From assembly GCA_035569855.1 (NCBI GenBank), contig DATMMH010000223.1:1-63949 (forward strand): DNA of 63,949 bases, given 5' to 3'. This stretch comes from Candidatus Dormiibacterota bacterium (GTDB lineage Bacteria > Methylomirabilota > Methylomirabilia > Rokubacteriales > CSP1-6). The position numbers were made by a program, and so were the translations under genes. The notes under the pieces are model-generated. The model saw only the letters and a list, made by a program, of their open reading frames with translations, did not search any database and was not told the DNA's origin. Shown here one piece after another: positions 34,219-42,452 of the stretch (position 1 is its first letter; each line of letters opens with the position of its first letter).

Positions 34219-35091
34219 CTAGAGGAGTCCGGGCACGAAGGCGTCGCGGCCGCGCACGTAGGTGGCCTGGCGCTGGGCCGCGTTGCGGTTGACCAGCGGG
34301 CGCATGTACATGGGATGGGTCGCGCAGCGGACCTCGTGCTCCAGCTCGGACAGCTGCTTGCCGCTGTCCGGGTCCACGATCACCTGGAACCGGTACTGAT
34401 ACGGATTGCTCTCTTCGGTGACGAGGTTGTGCTTGACGAGCCAGTCGTGCGGCCCGGAGAAGTCCGCGATGTAGATCGCGATGTGGTGGCCGTCGTAGGG
34501 GGCGATCGGGGCGTCGGTTTCCCGGAACACGACCTCCTGGTGGTGGCCCACGCTCACGTGCGCGGCCGCGCCCGCGTCACCCCGGCTCACGGTGGCGGTG
34601 GCGTGCAGCGCCTGCTGGTAGAAGCGCGCGATGCCCGCGGCCGCCCCGCGGCCGACCGGCACCTCGACCCGGCCGATCCCGAGCGTCATCTCGCCCCACT
34701 CCGGACCGGGGCCCACGCAGCGGAACTGGTTGCCCCACGGACACGTGACCGCGACGTGCTTGTCGCGCATCTCGTACGTGAAGGCGGTACCCGCCAGGGC
34801 CTCGCGCACCGAGGCCAGCCGCCGGGTCAACGCGTCGAGATCGGGAACCACCAGCTCGACGTGGCCCTGCACCACCTGGGGCTTCGCGGTGGGCAGGTGG
34901 AACTGGGTCTGCCCGGCGTTGGCCCACATATTCTCCACGCTCACCATCAGATAGGGATCGCGCGTCAGCCCGAGTCCCGCGATGTAGAAGAGCGTTCCCG
35001 CCTGCTGGTCCGGAATGCGCACGTTCACGTGCTCCAGCAGCAGGATGTTGCCGAGGTCCTGCTCCCGCCGATCGTAGGTCATCGCCGCCAT
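34219..35091 (-). CDS. hypothetical protein, possibly VOC (glyoxalase/dioxygenase) fold
   Basis: 290 aa with normal composition. LEHVNVRIPD...FHLP...HVELVVPDLDAL and HHIAIYIADF resemble duplicated VOC modules. The assignment is weak. Confidence 0.5.
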   Translation of the reverse strand: MAAMTYDRREQDLGNILLLEHVNVRIPDQQAGTLFYIAGLGLTRDPYLMVSVENMWANAGQTQFHLPTAKPQVVQGHVELVVPDLDALTRRLASVREALAGTAFTYEMRDKHVAVTCPWGNQFRCVGPGPEWGEMTLGIGRVEVPVGRGAAAGIARFYQQALHATATVSRGDAGAAAHVSVGHHQEVVFRETDAPIAPYDGHHIAIYIADFSGPHDWLVKHNLVTEESNPYQYRFQVIVDPDSGKQLSELEHEVRCATHPMYMRPLVNRNAAQRQATYVRGRDAFVPGLL

Positions 35092-35129
35092 GGCCCGGCC
35101 CCCCTCTGGCCTGCGGCAAGCATACTACC

Positions 35130-35342
35130 TCAGCGCGCCACCCGCACCCCTGCATTCGGGCCCGACGGTCCGTCCTGGGCCAGCCACCGGCCGAGGCGAA
35201 TCAGGACCACGCCGAGGCCGGACCATACCCCGCGCCGAGCCAGCCGGGCCGAGCGCAGGCGTCCGATCCGCTCGCTCTCCGCCCGCAGATCGGCAAGACG
35301 GAGCGCCGCCATCTTCTCGGTGACGTAGACTCCAAAGTCCAT
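35130..35342 (-). CDS. small hypothetical protein (70 aa)
   Basis: ATG 35342 follows AAGGGAGG and lies 18 nt after the upstream stop. It has a hydrophobic stretch (VWSGLGVVLIRLG). The longer listed ORFs are shadow-extended. Confidence 0.35.
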   Translation of the reverse strand: MDFGVYVTEKMAALRLADLRAESERIGRLRSARLARRGVWSGLGVVLIRLGRWLAQDGPSGPNAGVRVAR

Positions 35343-35359
35343 CGTGCGCGCGCCTCCCT

Positions 35360-35764
35360 TCACGCCGCCCGGCTGAGCCGTCCGGCGGGGTGGGCGGGTC
35401 CGGCCGCCATCCCCGGCCGCACCGGCCGGGGCTCCTGGGGCAGGAGGACGATTCGCACCCGCGGCGGATCCTGCCGGTCGAGCCGTCGGAAGACATCCTG
35501 GGTGATCCGCGTGACCGTCCCCACCAGCCGCTCGTGGTGAAGCGGAAGCCGCACCGACACGACCCACTCTCCCGACCCTCCGACTCGCACATCGGGCGCC
35601 GCCGCGGCGCCCAGCTCACGATGGATCGCATCGGTGAGCGCGATCTGCCGCGCCACCCCGGTATCGCGGCGCCGGGCCCGCCGGTCCATGACCCACACCA
35701 GCGCCCCGATGGCCAGGAACGGCAGCATCGCCGCCAACATCGTGATCTCCGGTTGCACGTTCAT
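35360..35764 (-). CDS. N-terminally membrane-anchored hypothetical protein
   Basis: ATG 35764 follows GGAGGAGGAGAGG. The TM helix is MLAAMLPFLAIGALVWV. 134 aa. Confidence 0.5.
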   Translation of the reverse strand: MNVQPEITMLAAMLPFLAIGALVWVMDRRARRRDTGVARQIALTDAIHRELGAAAAPDVRVGGSGEWVVSVRLPLHHERLVGTVTRITQDVFRRLDRQDPPRVRIVLLPQEPRPVRPGMAAGPAHPAGRLSRAA

Positions 35765-35868
35765 CCTCTCCTCCTCCGCTCGTCGTTCGCTCGTTCACGG
35801 ATTGAGACCCCATGGACGGACCGATGTGAAACGACGGCGAGGCAGCGTACGCGGGAGGAGCGGCGGCG

Positions 35869-36834
35869 CTACGCGGGCAGCGGATGCAGATCGGGCCGGC
35901 AGCTCGTGCAGGGCGAGAAGCCGGCGGCCTCCGCGCGCTCGCGCGTGCCGAAGAGCGTGAGCACCGACAGGGGCTGGGAAGAAAGCGAGCCGCAGGTGGG
36001 CACACAGTACTCGCGCTCACCATCCATCAGGGTGTACATCGCCTCGCGGCGCACCTTGAAGTCGTGATGCGCGGCGACCGTCCTCACGCCCTCCACGGCG
36101 AGCAGCCGCTGCTTGAGCTCGACGTGCTTGCCCGCGTACCCGGTGAGCGCGCCGGTGCTGCCGATCACCCGATGGCAGGGGATGACGATCGGCAGCGGAT
36201 TCCAGCGCAGCGCCTGTGCCACCGACCGCACCGCGGAGGGGGCACCGATGCGCGCGGCGATCCCCGCGTACGACGCGACCGCCCCGTAGGGCAGCGCCGC
36301 GGTGGCTTCGAGCACGCGCCGCTGGAACTCGCTCCGCATCCGGCCCGAGTCGAGCGGCCAGTCGAGCCGAGCGCGACGGCCTTCGAGATACTCGATCAGC
36401 TCCGCGCTCAGCGTCTCGGTCGCGGCGCGATCCTCCACCGCGTCCTCACCGAGGAGGCGCCGGACGTGGCCGGGGATCGAGCCGGCCTTGTGGAGGTACT
36501 GCACGAGGGCCACGCCGTGTTCGGAGCGGGCGATGAGCACCGGGCCGAGCGGTGACGGGAAGATCCCGTACCCGACCATGCGGGAGCGCAGATCGGCCAG
36601 CCGGGACACGAGCTCCGCGCGCGCCAACGTTCCATCTTCCCCGGCGAGCGGAGCCGCCCGCAGCTCGCCCACCATCCCGTCCACGACCCGGTAGTGCCCG
36701 AGCTCCTCCCGGCACGAGCGGCAGGTCGCCACGTGCCCGTCCACGCGCTCGACGGCGCGCGCGCTCGCTTCGCCGGTGGCGACCGCCAGCAGGTCGGGCT
36801 CGATCTCGTCGCAGACGGAGCGTGGTGTCCTCAT
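35869..36834 (-). CDS. soluble zf-HC2 anti-sigma factor fused to O6-alkylguanine-DNA alkyltransferase (Ogt/MGMT) and an Ada-type Cys4 Zn domain
   Basis: ATG 36834 overlaps the sigma stop (ATGA). The N-terminus shows C8...HVATCRSC, the MGMT core shows NPLPIVIPCHRVIGS, and the C-terminus shows YCVPTC...FSPCTSCRP. No TM helix is present. The listed ORF 35869..37164 is shadow-extended. Confidence 0.8.
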   Translation of the reverse strand: MRTPRSVCDEIEPDLLAVATGEASARAVERVDGHVATCRSCREELGHYRVVDGMVGELRAAPLAGEDGTLARAELVSRLADLRSRMVGYGIFPSPLGPVLIARSEHGVALVQYLHKAGSIPGHVRRLLGEDAVEDRAATETLSAELIEYLEGRRARLDWPLDSGRMRSEFQRRVLEATAALPYGAVASYAGIAARIGAPSAVRSVAQALRWNPLPIVIPCHRVIGSTGALTGYAGKHVELKQRLLAVEGVRTVAAHHDFKVRREAMYTLMDGEREYCVPTCGSLSSQPLSVLTLFGTRERAEAAGFSPCTSCRPDLHPLPA

Positions 36835-37346
36835 AAGTGCCCCTCGAGGCCTCGCCGGATCTTCCGGAGGGCCTGGAAGACGTGGGCGCGCGCGCTCTCC
36901 TCCGAGCAACGCAGGCTCGCCCCGATCTCCGTGTATTCCAGCTCGTGCATCTTCCGCATGATGAAGGCCACGCGCTGCTTCTCCGGCAGCGCACCGATCA
37001 TCCGTTCCATCCGCTTCCGCGCCTCGTCCGCCAGCAGCTGCCCATCGGCCCGCTCCGAGGCACCCGCCGGCGCATGCTGGGCCACCTCGGCGTACGCCCG
37101 TCGCCTCCGCGACAGGCCCCGGAAGTGGTTTCGCCCGAGGTTCGTCGCGATCGTGAACAGCCACGCGCGCACGTTCGCGCCGGGTGGCAGCGCGCGGTAG
37201 GCCCGGAACGCGCGCAGAAACGTCTCCTGCGAGAGATCGTCGGCGTCGCTCGCGCGGGCCGTGATCCGCAGCAGGTAGCGCCGTATCTCCGCGTGGTGAG
37301 CCGCCACCACCGCCTCGAACGCATCCTCTGCCATCACCCTGCCCAT
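36831..37346 (-). CDS. ECF-type RNA polymerase sigma factor
   Basis: Region 2 reads ADDLSQETFLRAF...WLFTIATN and region 4 reads LPEKQRVAFIMRKMHELEYTEIGASL...ARAHVFQALRKIR. The start is 37346, 37334 or 37391. Confidence 0.85.
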   Translation of the reverse strand: MGRVMAEDAFEAVVAAHHAEIRRYLLRITARASDADDLSQETFLRAFRAYRALPPGANVRAWLFTIATNLGRNHFRGLSRRRRAYAEVAQHAPAGASERADGQLLADEARKRMERMIGALPEKQRVAFIMRKMHELEYTEIGASLRCSEESARAHVFQALRKIRRGLEGHL

Positions 37347-37394
37347 TGAGACCCCGGAGGGGACCGGTCGTGAAACGGACGACCCGGCCATCGC

Positions 37395-37409
37395 GCTAAC
37401 TCCGTGCCA
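37395..37409 (-). promoter_or_regulatory. sigma54-type -24/-12 element candidate upstream of the ECF sigma gene
   Basis: The minus strand reads TGGCAC-GGAGT-TAGC against the consensus TGGCAC-N5-TTGC. The GG and GC dinucleotides are correctly spaced and there is one mismatch. It overlaps the Cache gene stop codon. Confidence 0.25.
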
Positions 37410-38388
37410 CCTCGACGGTTTTACCGGCCGCCGCGGCCTGCTGCTCGCGGACGAACCGCATGGCAACCACGGTACTGACGGCCAGGCTCATCCCGACCGA
37501 GGCCAGGAGGGTAGCGACCAGCGTCAAGAGCACCGCGCGCTGGCCTTCGAGGATGTGGCGGACCGATGCCGCGTAGATCAGATTGACGTGCAGCGTGGGC
37601 ATGACCGCCTGGGTCACCAGCCACTCGTCCTCGTCCATGCCGACGATGCCGTCCCCTTCGCGACGGCCCAGCTCCTCGACGATCGGGTGGCGCTTCCAGT
37701 CCTGCTGGGTGACCTGGCGCGTCTTCGGATCCAGGTAGATCGCCTGCCGGTCGGCGTCGATCATCACCAGCCAGCCGCCGGGGCCGGCGGCGGCCTGCTC
37801 GATGGCCTCGATCGAGGCCTGCAGCCGGATGCTGCCGAGCAGGTAGGCGACGATCTGCTGGTCCATGCGGATCGGGACCGCCGCGCCGACGATGAAATCG
37901 CGGGTGGCCCGACCGAAGACGATGCCCGAGACCGCGGGCCGCTGGGTCTGGATCGCCTGCTGGAGCAGCGGGCGGTCGTGGTAGCGCAGGTCCAGGTTGG
38001 AGCTGCCGTCGGGCGAGGTGAGCGGACTGAACGCGAGCGGCCGGCCGTCGGGGGACACCACGAACAGGGTGGGCATCTGCAGCATCGCGCGCATCGCGTC
38101 GATCTCGCGTTGGAGCGCCCGCGGCTCGTGCGAGGCCCAGCTCTGGGCCAAGTAGGCCGCCATCGGGCCGAGCGCGTCGAGCTTGTCGCGCACCTGCGCG
38201 TCGCCGAGGCGGGCAAGGACGCGCACGATCTCCTGGCGCTGGGCGCGCGAGTCCGCGAGGGCCTGCGGCTTCAGCTTCGTCGTCCAGGCCAGCCCCACCA
38301 CGGTGAGGGACAGGAACGAGACCACCACCCACGTGGAGAGCAGGAAGAACACGTGCGACCAGCGAAGGCCCGCCCCCGGCAGTCCCAT
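37396..38388 (-). CDS. Cache-like extracytoplasmic sensor protein without output domain
   Basis: The layout is TM1 (VFFLLSTWVVVSFLSLTVVGLAW), a periplasmic domain of ~250 aa (LFVVSPDGRPLAF...YHDRPLLQQA...) and TM2 (LLTLVATLLASVGMSLAVSTVVA). The protein ends about 20 aa after TM2. Confidence 0.7.
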   Translation of the reverse strand: MGLPGAGLRWSHVFFLLSTWVVVSFLSLTVVGLAWTTKLKPQALADSRAQRQEIVRVLARLGDAQVRDKLDALGPMAAYLAQSWASHEPRALQREIDAMRAMLQMPTLFVVSPDGRPLAFSPLTSPDGSSNLDLRYHDRPLLQQAIQTQRPAVSGIVFGRATRDFIVGAAVPIRMDQQIVAYLLGSIRLQASIEAIEQAAAGPGGWLVMIDADRQAIYLDPKTRQVTQQDWKRHPIVEELGRREGDGIVGMDEDEWLVTQAVMPTLHVNLIYAASVRHILEGQRAVLLTLVATLLASVGMSLAVSTVVAMRFVREQQAAAAGKTVEVARS

Positions 38389-38409
38389 AGGCGCCCGATC
38401 ATACCTTGC

Positions 38410-38438
38410 TTGACAGGGCCCCCGCCCCGCCGCATCAT
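38410..38438 (+). promoter_or_regulatory. sigma70-type promoter candidate for the OsmC gene
   Basis: TTGACA (38410-38415), a 17-nt spacer, then CATCAT (38433-38438). GGGAGGAG precedes ATG 38469. Confidence 0.4.
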
Positions 38439-38468
38439 CGGCGCGCAGTCCCCTCCCGGGAGGAGCGC

Positions 38469-38822
38469 ATGACCGACGGCGTCAAGATCGACACGGTGCG
38501 GTCCGGCTCGAGCGGCGTGCTCGGGCGCTCGCTCAATCACGCCCGCCAGCAGCACTTCGTGCTCGACTCGCCCTCCGGGCCGAACGAGGCCATCACCAAC
38601 GGCGAGGCCTTCCTCGCCGGCATCTCCTCGTGCGGGGTCACCCTGATCGAGAAGCACGCGCACGACACCGGCGTGCCGCTCGCCGGCATGGAGGTGGTGA
38701 TCGAGGGGGTGCGCAGCAACGCGGCGCCCAACCGCTTCCAGGCCATCAACGTGAGGTTCGAGCTCCGCGGCGTGGACCAGGCCCGCGCGGAGGCGCTCGT
38801 CGAGACGTGGCGCGAGCGTTGA
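38469..38822 (+). CDS. OsmC/Ohr-family protein
   Basis: 117 aa. GEAFLAGISSCGVTLIE has the conserved Cys context, with VIEGVR...F downstream. Confidence 0.7.
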   Translation: MTDGVKIDTVRSGSSGVLGRSLNHARQQHFVLDSPSGPNEAITNGEAFLAGISSCGVTLIEKHAHDTGVPLAGMEVVIEGVRSNAAPNRFQAINVRFELRGVDQARAEALVETWRER

Positions 38823-38940
38823 CCGCTCTATCGCACGGTCGCGGTGGCGACCGAGGTGAAGGTGGAAGTGACCGCCGTTCCCGCGTGAACGCAGGGCCTG
38901 CCCTCGCCCCCGACGGGAGAGGGGTAGCAAGGAGAGCGCC

Positions 38941-40035
38941 GTGAAAGCCGCCGTCCTCTACAAAGCCAATACTCCTCTCGAGGTGGTCGATCTCGTCCAG
39001 GAAGGCCCGCGGGCCGGCGAAGCCCGCGTCAAGGTCAAGGCCGCCGGCATCTGCCATAGCGACTGGCACATCATGAACGGGGACTGGACGCCGCCGCTCC
39101 CCATGGTGCTGGGCCACGAGGCGGCCGGCGTCGTGGAAGAGGTCGGCGCCGGCGTGACCACCGTGAAGCCGGGCGATCACGTCATCTTCTCGTTCCGGCC
39201 TCACTGCGGCCGCTGCCTCTACTGCTCGATCGGACGCTCCATCCTGTGCGACGGGCACACCTCGCCCCGCTGGGGCATGCTCGACGGCACCTATCGGCTC
39301 AAGCGTGACGGGCAGGACATCTACCAGATGGCGCGCATCGGCACCTTCTCGGAGAAGGTGGTGTGTCCGGCCGAGATGCTGGTGCCGATTCGCAAGGAGA
39401 TGCCGTGGCCACAGGCCGCGCTGGTCGGCTGCTGCGTGCCCACCGGGGTCGGCGCGGTCACGCGCTGCGCGGAGGTGGAGGCCGGCGCCTCCGTCCTCGT
39501 CATCGGCTGCGGCGGCGTGGGGCTCAACGTGGTCCAGGGCGCGCGGCTGGCCGGGGCGTCGATCATCGCGGCCGCCGATCTGCTCGACAGCAAGCTCCGC
39601 TACGCGAAGGACTTCGGCGCCACCCACACCATCAACGCCAAGGCGGAGAACGTGGTGGAGCGCGTACGCGAGCTCACCCAGGGTCGCGGGGTGGACTACG
39701 CCTTCGACGCCATCGGCGGCGAGGCCACCACGCTCCAGATCGTGGACGCGATCCGGCCCGGCGGCCTCGCGGTGATCGTGGGGATGGCCGCCCTGAACGT
39801 GCGGGCTCCGATCACGCCCTACAACATGGCGCTGCAGGAGAAGGCCATCAAGGGCACGATGTACGGCTCGGTGCGCCCAGACATCGACTTCCCGAAGCTG
39901 GTGGACCTCTATCTCGACGGGCGACTCAAGCTCGACGAGCTGGTGAGTCGCACCTACACCCTCGACCAGATCAACGAGGGCTTCACCGCGCTCAGAACCG
40001 GCCAGGTGGCCCGCGGCGTCGTCGTCTTCAACTGA
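38941..40035 (+). CDS. Zn-dependent alcohol dehydrogenase (class III/FDH-like MDR)
   Basis: GICHSDWH and GHEAAGVVEEVG are present, with structural-Zn Cys in CGRCLYCS and the Rossmann motif GCGGVGL. Confidence 0.9.
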   Translation: MKAAVLYKANTPLEVVDLVQEGPRAGEARVKVKAAGICHSDWHIMNGDWTPPLPMVLGHEAAGVVEEVGAGVTTVKPGDHVIFSFRPHCGRCLYCSIGRSILCDGHTSPRWGMLDGTYRLKRDGQDIYQMARIGTFSEKVVCPAEMLVPIRKEMPWPQAALVGCCVPTGVGAVTRCAEVEAGASVLVIGCGGVGLNVVQGARLAGASIIAAADLLDSKLRYAKDFGATHTINAKAENVVERVRELTQGRGVDYAFDAIGGEATTLQIVDAIRPGGLAVIVGMAALNVRAPITPYNMALQEKAIKGTMYGSVRPDIDFPKLVDLYLDGRLKLDELVSRTYTLDQINEGFTALRTGQVARGVVVFN

Positions 40036-40109
40036 GCGCGGCCCTCGCGCTGCGCCGGCTGCTGCTGCGGACGCTGGGGCGGCTCGTCACCCGCCGCCCC
40101 GGCGGACCG

Positions 40110-40973
40110 GTGGCGCCGCCGGTGCCCCTGGACCAGGTGCTCGCGGGCGACGACGAGCCGCTCGCGCTCGCCCGCCTGCTGACCGGCCGCGACAACGCGG
40201 CTCGTGAGACGGCGCTTCCCCGCTACTTCCAGCATCGCGGGATCGCCTTCTCGCGCCATCCCTTCGAGCGGCGGGAGGGCCGCGGAGAGACGTACGCGGT
40301 CGAGCTGGGGCTGGGGGAGCGCGTGCTCGTGCTGTGCGCCCACCACGACGCGGTCGCGGGCAGCCCGGGCGCCAACGACAACGCGGCCGCGGTGGGCATC
40401 CTGCTCCACCTGATCCCCCGCCTGCCGCCCCGCATCCCGCCCGGCTGGCGCGTGCGCCTGCTCTTCACCGCCGCGGAGGAGATCGACTACCTGGGCGCGC
40501 GTGTCTACGTGGAGGAGACGCCGCTCGACGCGGTCGCGGGAGTGCTGAGCCTCGAGCTGTGCGGGATCGGCGACGCGGTCGCGCTGTGGGACGCGGGCGA
40601 GCCCTCAGCGTTTCTTGCCCGCGTCAGCGCCGCGCTCGAATCGGCAGGGCTCGCCCGCGACTCGGGCCACCACGTGGTCGGGCGAATCCCGGTGTTCGGC
40701 AGCGACCACCGAGCCTTCGCGGCGGTCGGCGTTCCCGCCTACGGCTTCACGATGGTGCCGGTGGCCCACGCGGACGCGCTGCGCCGCTTCGTGCTGAGCC
40801 CGGTGCGGTCCACGTTCCGGAGCCTGATCCAACGCCCGCCGCCCTTTCGCACCTACCACACGAGCGGCGACGCGTTCGAAACGCTCGAGCCCGCCGCGCT
40901 CCGCCGCGCGGTGAGCGCGCTCACCGCGGTGGTGGCCGGGCTCTCCGCAGAGCCGGGCCGTGCGCGCGGCTAA
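40110..40973 (+). CDS. M28-family metallopeptidase
   Basis: HHDAVAGSPGANDNAAAVGILL, FTAAEEIDYLG and GSDHRAF motifs are present. The start is uncertain: the first canonical start after the ADH stop is GTG 40110, and a CTG lies at 40032. Confidence 0.7.
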   Translation: MAPPVPLDQVLAGDDEPLALARLLTGRDNAARETALPRYFQHRGIAFSRHPFERREGRGETYAVELGLGERVLVLCAHHDAVAGSPGANDNAAAVGILLHLIPRLPPRIPPGWRVRLLFTAAEEIDYLGARVYVEETPLDAVAGVLSLELCGIGDAVALWDAGEPSAFLARVSAALESAGLARDSGHHVVGRIPVFGSDHRAFAAVGVPAYGFTMVPVAHADALRRFVLSPVRSTFRSLIQRPPPFRTYHTSGDAFETLEPAALRRAVSALTAVVAGLSAEPGRARG

Positions 40974-42079
40974 CGCAGCACCGCCACCTTCTTCCGCTCG
41001 ATCAGGTCGAAGTCGATCTGGGCGCCCAGGCCGGGCGCGGTTGGCGCGCGCACCATGCCGTGCGAGTCCACCTCGATGTCCTGTACCAGACCATACTTCT
41101 GGGCCTCCGCGGGCAGCAGCACCTCGAAGAACTCACAGTTCCGGATCGCCATCGCCACGTGGAGGTTCGCCACGTTGTTGAGCGAGTTGCCCCCGTGGTG
41201 GATCTCGAAGTTCATGTGGAAGCCCTCGGCCAGGTGGGCCGTCTTCACCAGGGCCGAGATGCCCCCCTTCACCGCCACGTCGCCGCGCAGGAAGTCGGTG
41301 GCGCGGGCCACCAGCCATGGGGCGTACGCGGTGAAGCCGCCCGGGGCGTACTCGGTGGCCAGGATCGGGATCGAGAGATGCTGCTTGAGCTTCACGTAGT
41401 TGTAGAGGTCGTCGTCGGCCAGCGGATCCTCGTACCAGTAGTAGCCGAGCCGCTCGATGGCGCGCCCGACCCGGATCGCGGCCGGGTAGTCGTAGGCCCA
41501 GGTGGAGTCGAGCATGAGGGTGAACGCGTCGCCCACCACGCCGCGCACCGCCTCGCAGATCTCGATGTCGAGACGGGGATCGGTGGGCGGATGGATCTTG
41601 TACGCGGTCCAGCCCGAAGCCTTGAAGCGAGCCGCCTCCTCCGCGTAGGCCTGCTTGGTCGGCAGCACCGCGGAGCTCGCGTAGGCGGGCAGCCGTTCGC
41701 GATAGGTGCCGAGCAGCCGATGGATCGGCAGTCCGGCCAACTTGCCCGCGAGATCCCAGAGCGCCACGTCCACCGCTCCGATGGCGCGCCACGTGGTCTG
41801 GCGGCTGCGGGAGAGCAGCGTCTGGTAGAGCCGCTCGCGCTCCAGCGGATCCTGGTCCATCACGAGCGGCTTGAGGGCGCCGATCAGCGACTCCGCGTCG
41901 TACTGGGCGCCGCGGCTCGCCGAGCCCAGGAACGCGTGACCCTCCGCGCCCTCGTCGGTGCGCAAGGTCAGCAATCCGAGCTGGCTCTTGCCGCCGAACT
42001 TGCCGGTGTGCCGGCCGTACGTGGTGGCGGGGATGTTCTCCCAGGCGAACAGCGTGAGGGTGAGGTCGGTGATCTTCAC
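40970..42079 (-). CDS. enolase-superfamily enzyme (mandelate racemase/muconate lactonizing family)
   Basis: GTG 42079 lies 4 nt after GGGAGGAG. AIGAVDVALWDLAGK, KIHPP, LMLDSTWAY and YWYEDPL (metal ligand context) are present. Confidence 0.85.
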   Translation of the reverse strand: MKITDLTLTLFAWENIPATTYGRHTGKFGGKSQLGLLTLRTDEGAEGHAFLGSASRGAQYDAESLIGALKPLVMDQDPLERERLYQTLLSRSRQTTWRAIGAVDVALWDLAGKLAGLPIHRLLGTYRERLPAYASSAVLPTKQAYAEEAARFKASGWTAYKIHPPTDPRLDIEICEAVRGVVGDAFTLMLDSTWAYDYPAAIRVGRAIERLGYYWYEDPLADDDLYNYVKLKQHLSIPILATEYAPGGFTAYAPWLVARATDFLRGDVAVKGGISALVKTAHLAEGFHMNFEIHHGGNSLNNVANLHVAMAIRNCEFFEVLLPAEAQKYGLVQDIEVDSHGMVRAPTAPGLGAQIDFDLIERKKVAVLR

Positions 42080-42188
42080 GAGGCTCCTCCCATCCGGCAA
42101 CACGGGCCGGCCCGCGCACGAGGCGGCGGTTGCGGCTGCTCCCGAGCCTACACCGATTCGGGCGGACCGATTCTGCTAGATTACCGCG

Positions 42189-42449
42189 GTGGCCCAGACC
42201 ATTCCGCGCGACGGCGTCGTCCGGCTGTTCCGCGATCGCGGCGGCCGCAACGGCAAGACCGTCACCGTCATCCACGGGCTCCCGGAGCGAGGGCGCGCCC
42301 TCGAAGCGCGCCTCTCCGAGCTGAAGCGGCTCTGCGGAGCCGGCGGCACCGTCAAGGACGGCGTGGTCGAGGTCCAGGGCGATCACCGCGAGCGACTGGC
42401 CGAGCGGCTGCGCGCGCTGGGCTACACCGTGAAGCTCGCCGGAGGCTGA
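42189..42449 (+). CDS. yciH: SUI1/eIF1-family translation initiation factor homologue
   Basis: 86 aa. GRNGKTVTVIHGL...LKRLCGAGGTVKDGVVEVQGDHRERL is typical of YciH. The start is a GTG. Confidence 0.8.
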   Translation: MAQTIPRDGVVRLFRDRGGRNGKTVTVIHGLPERGRALEARLSELKRLCGAGGTVKDGVVEVQGDHRERLAERLRALGYTVKLAGG

Positions 42450-42452
42450 ACG

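Noticed and set aside
42176-42191. TAGATT -10-like hexamer 7 nt before the GTG start of the SUI1 gene (leaderless mRNA?)
   Set aside because: No convincing -35 is present, and leaderless translation normally needs AUG. The evidence is too weak to report.
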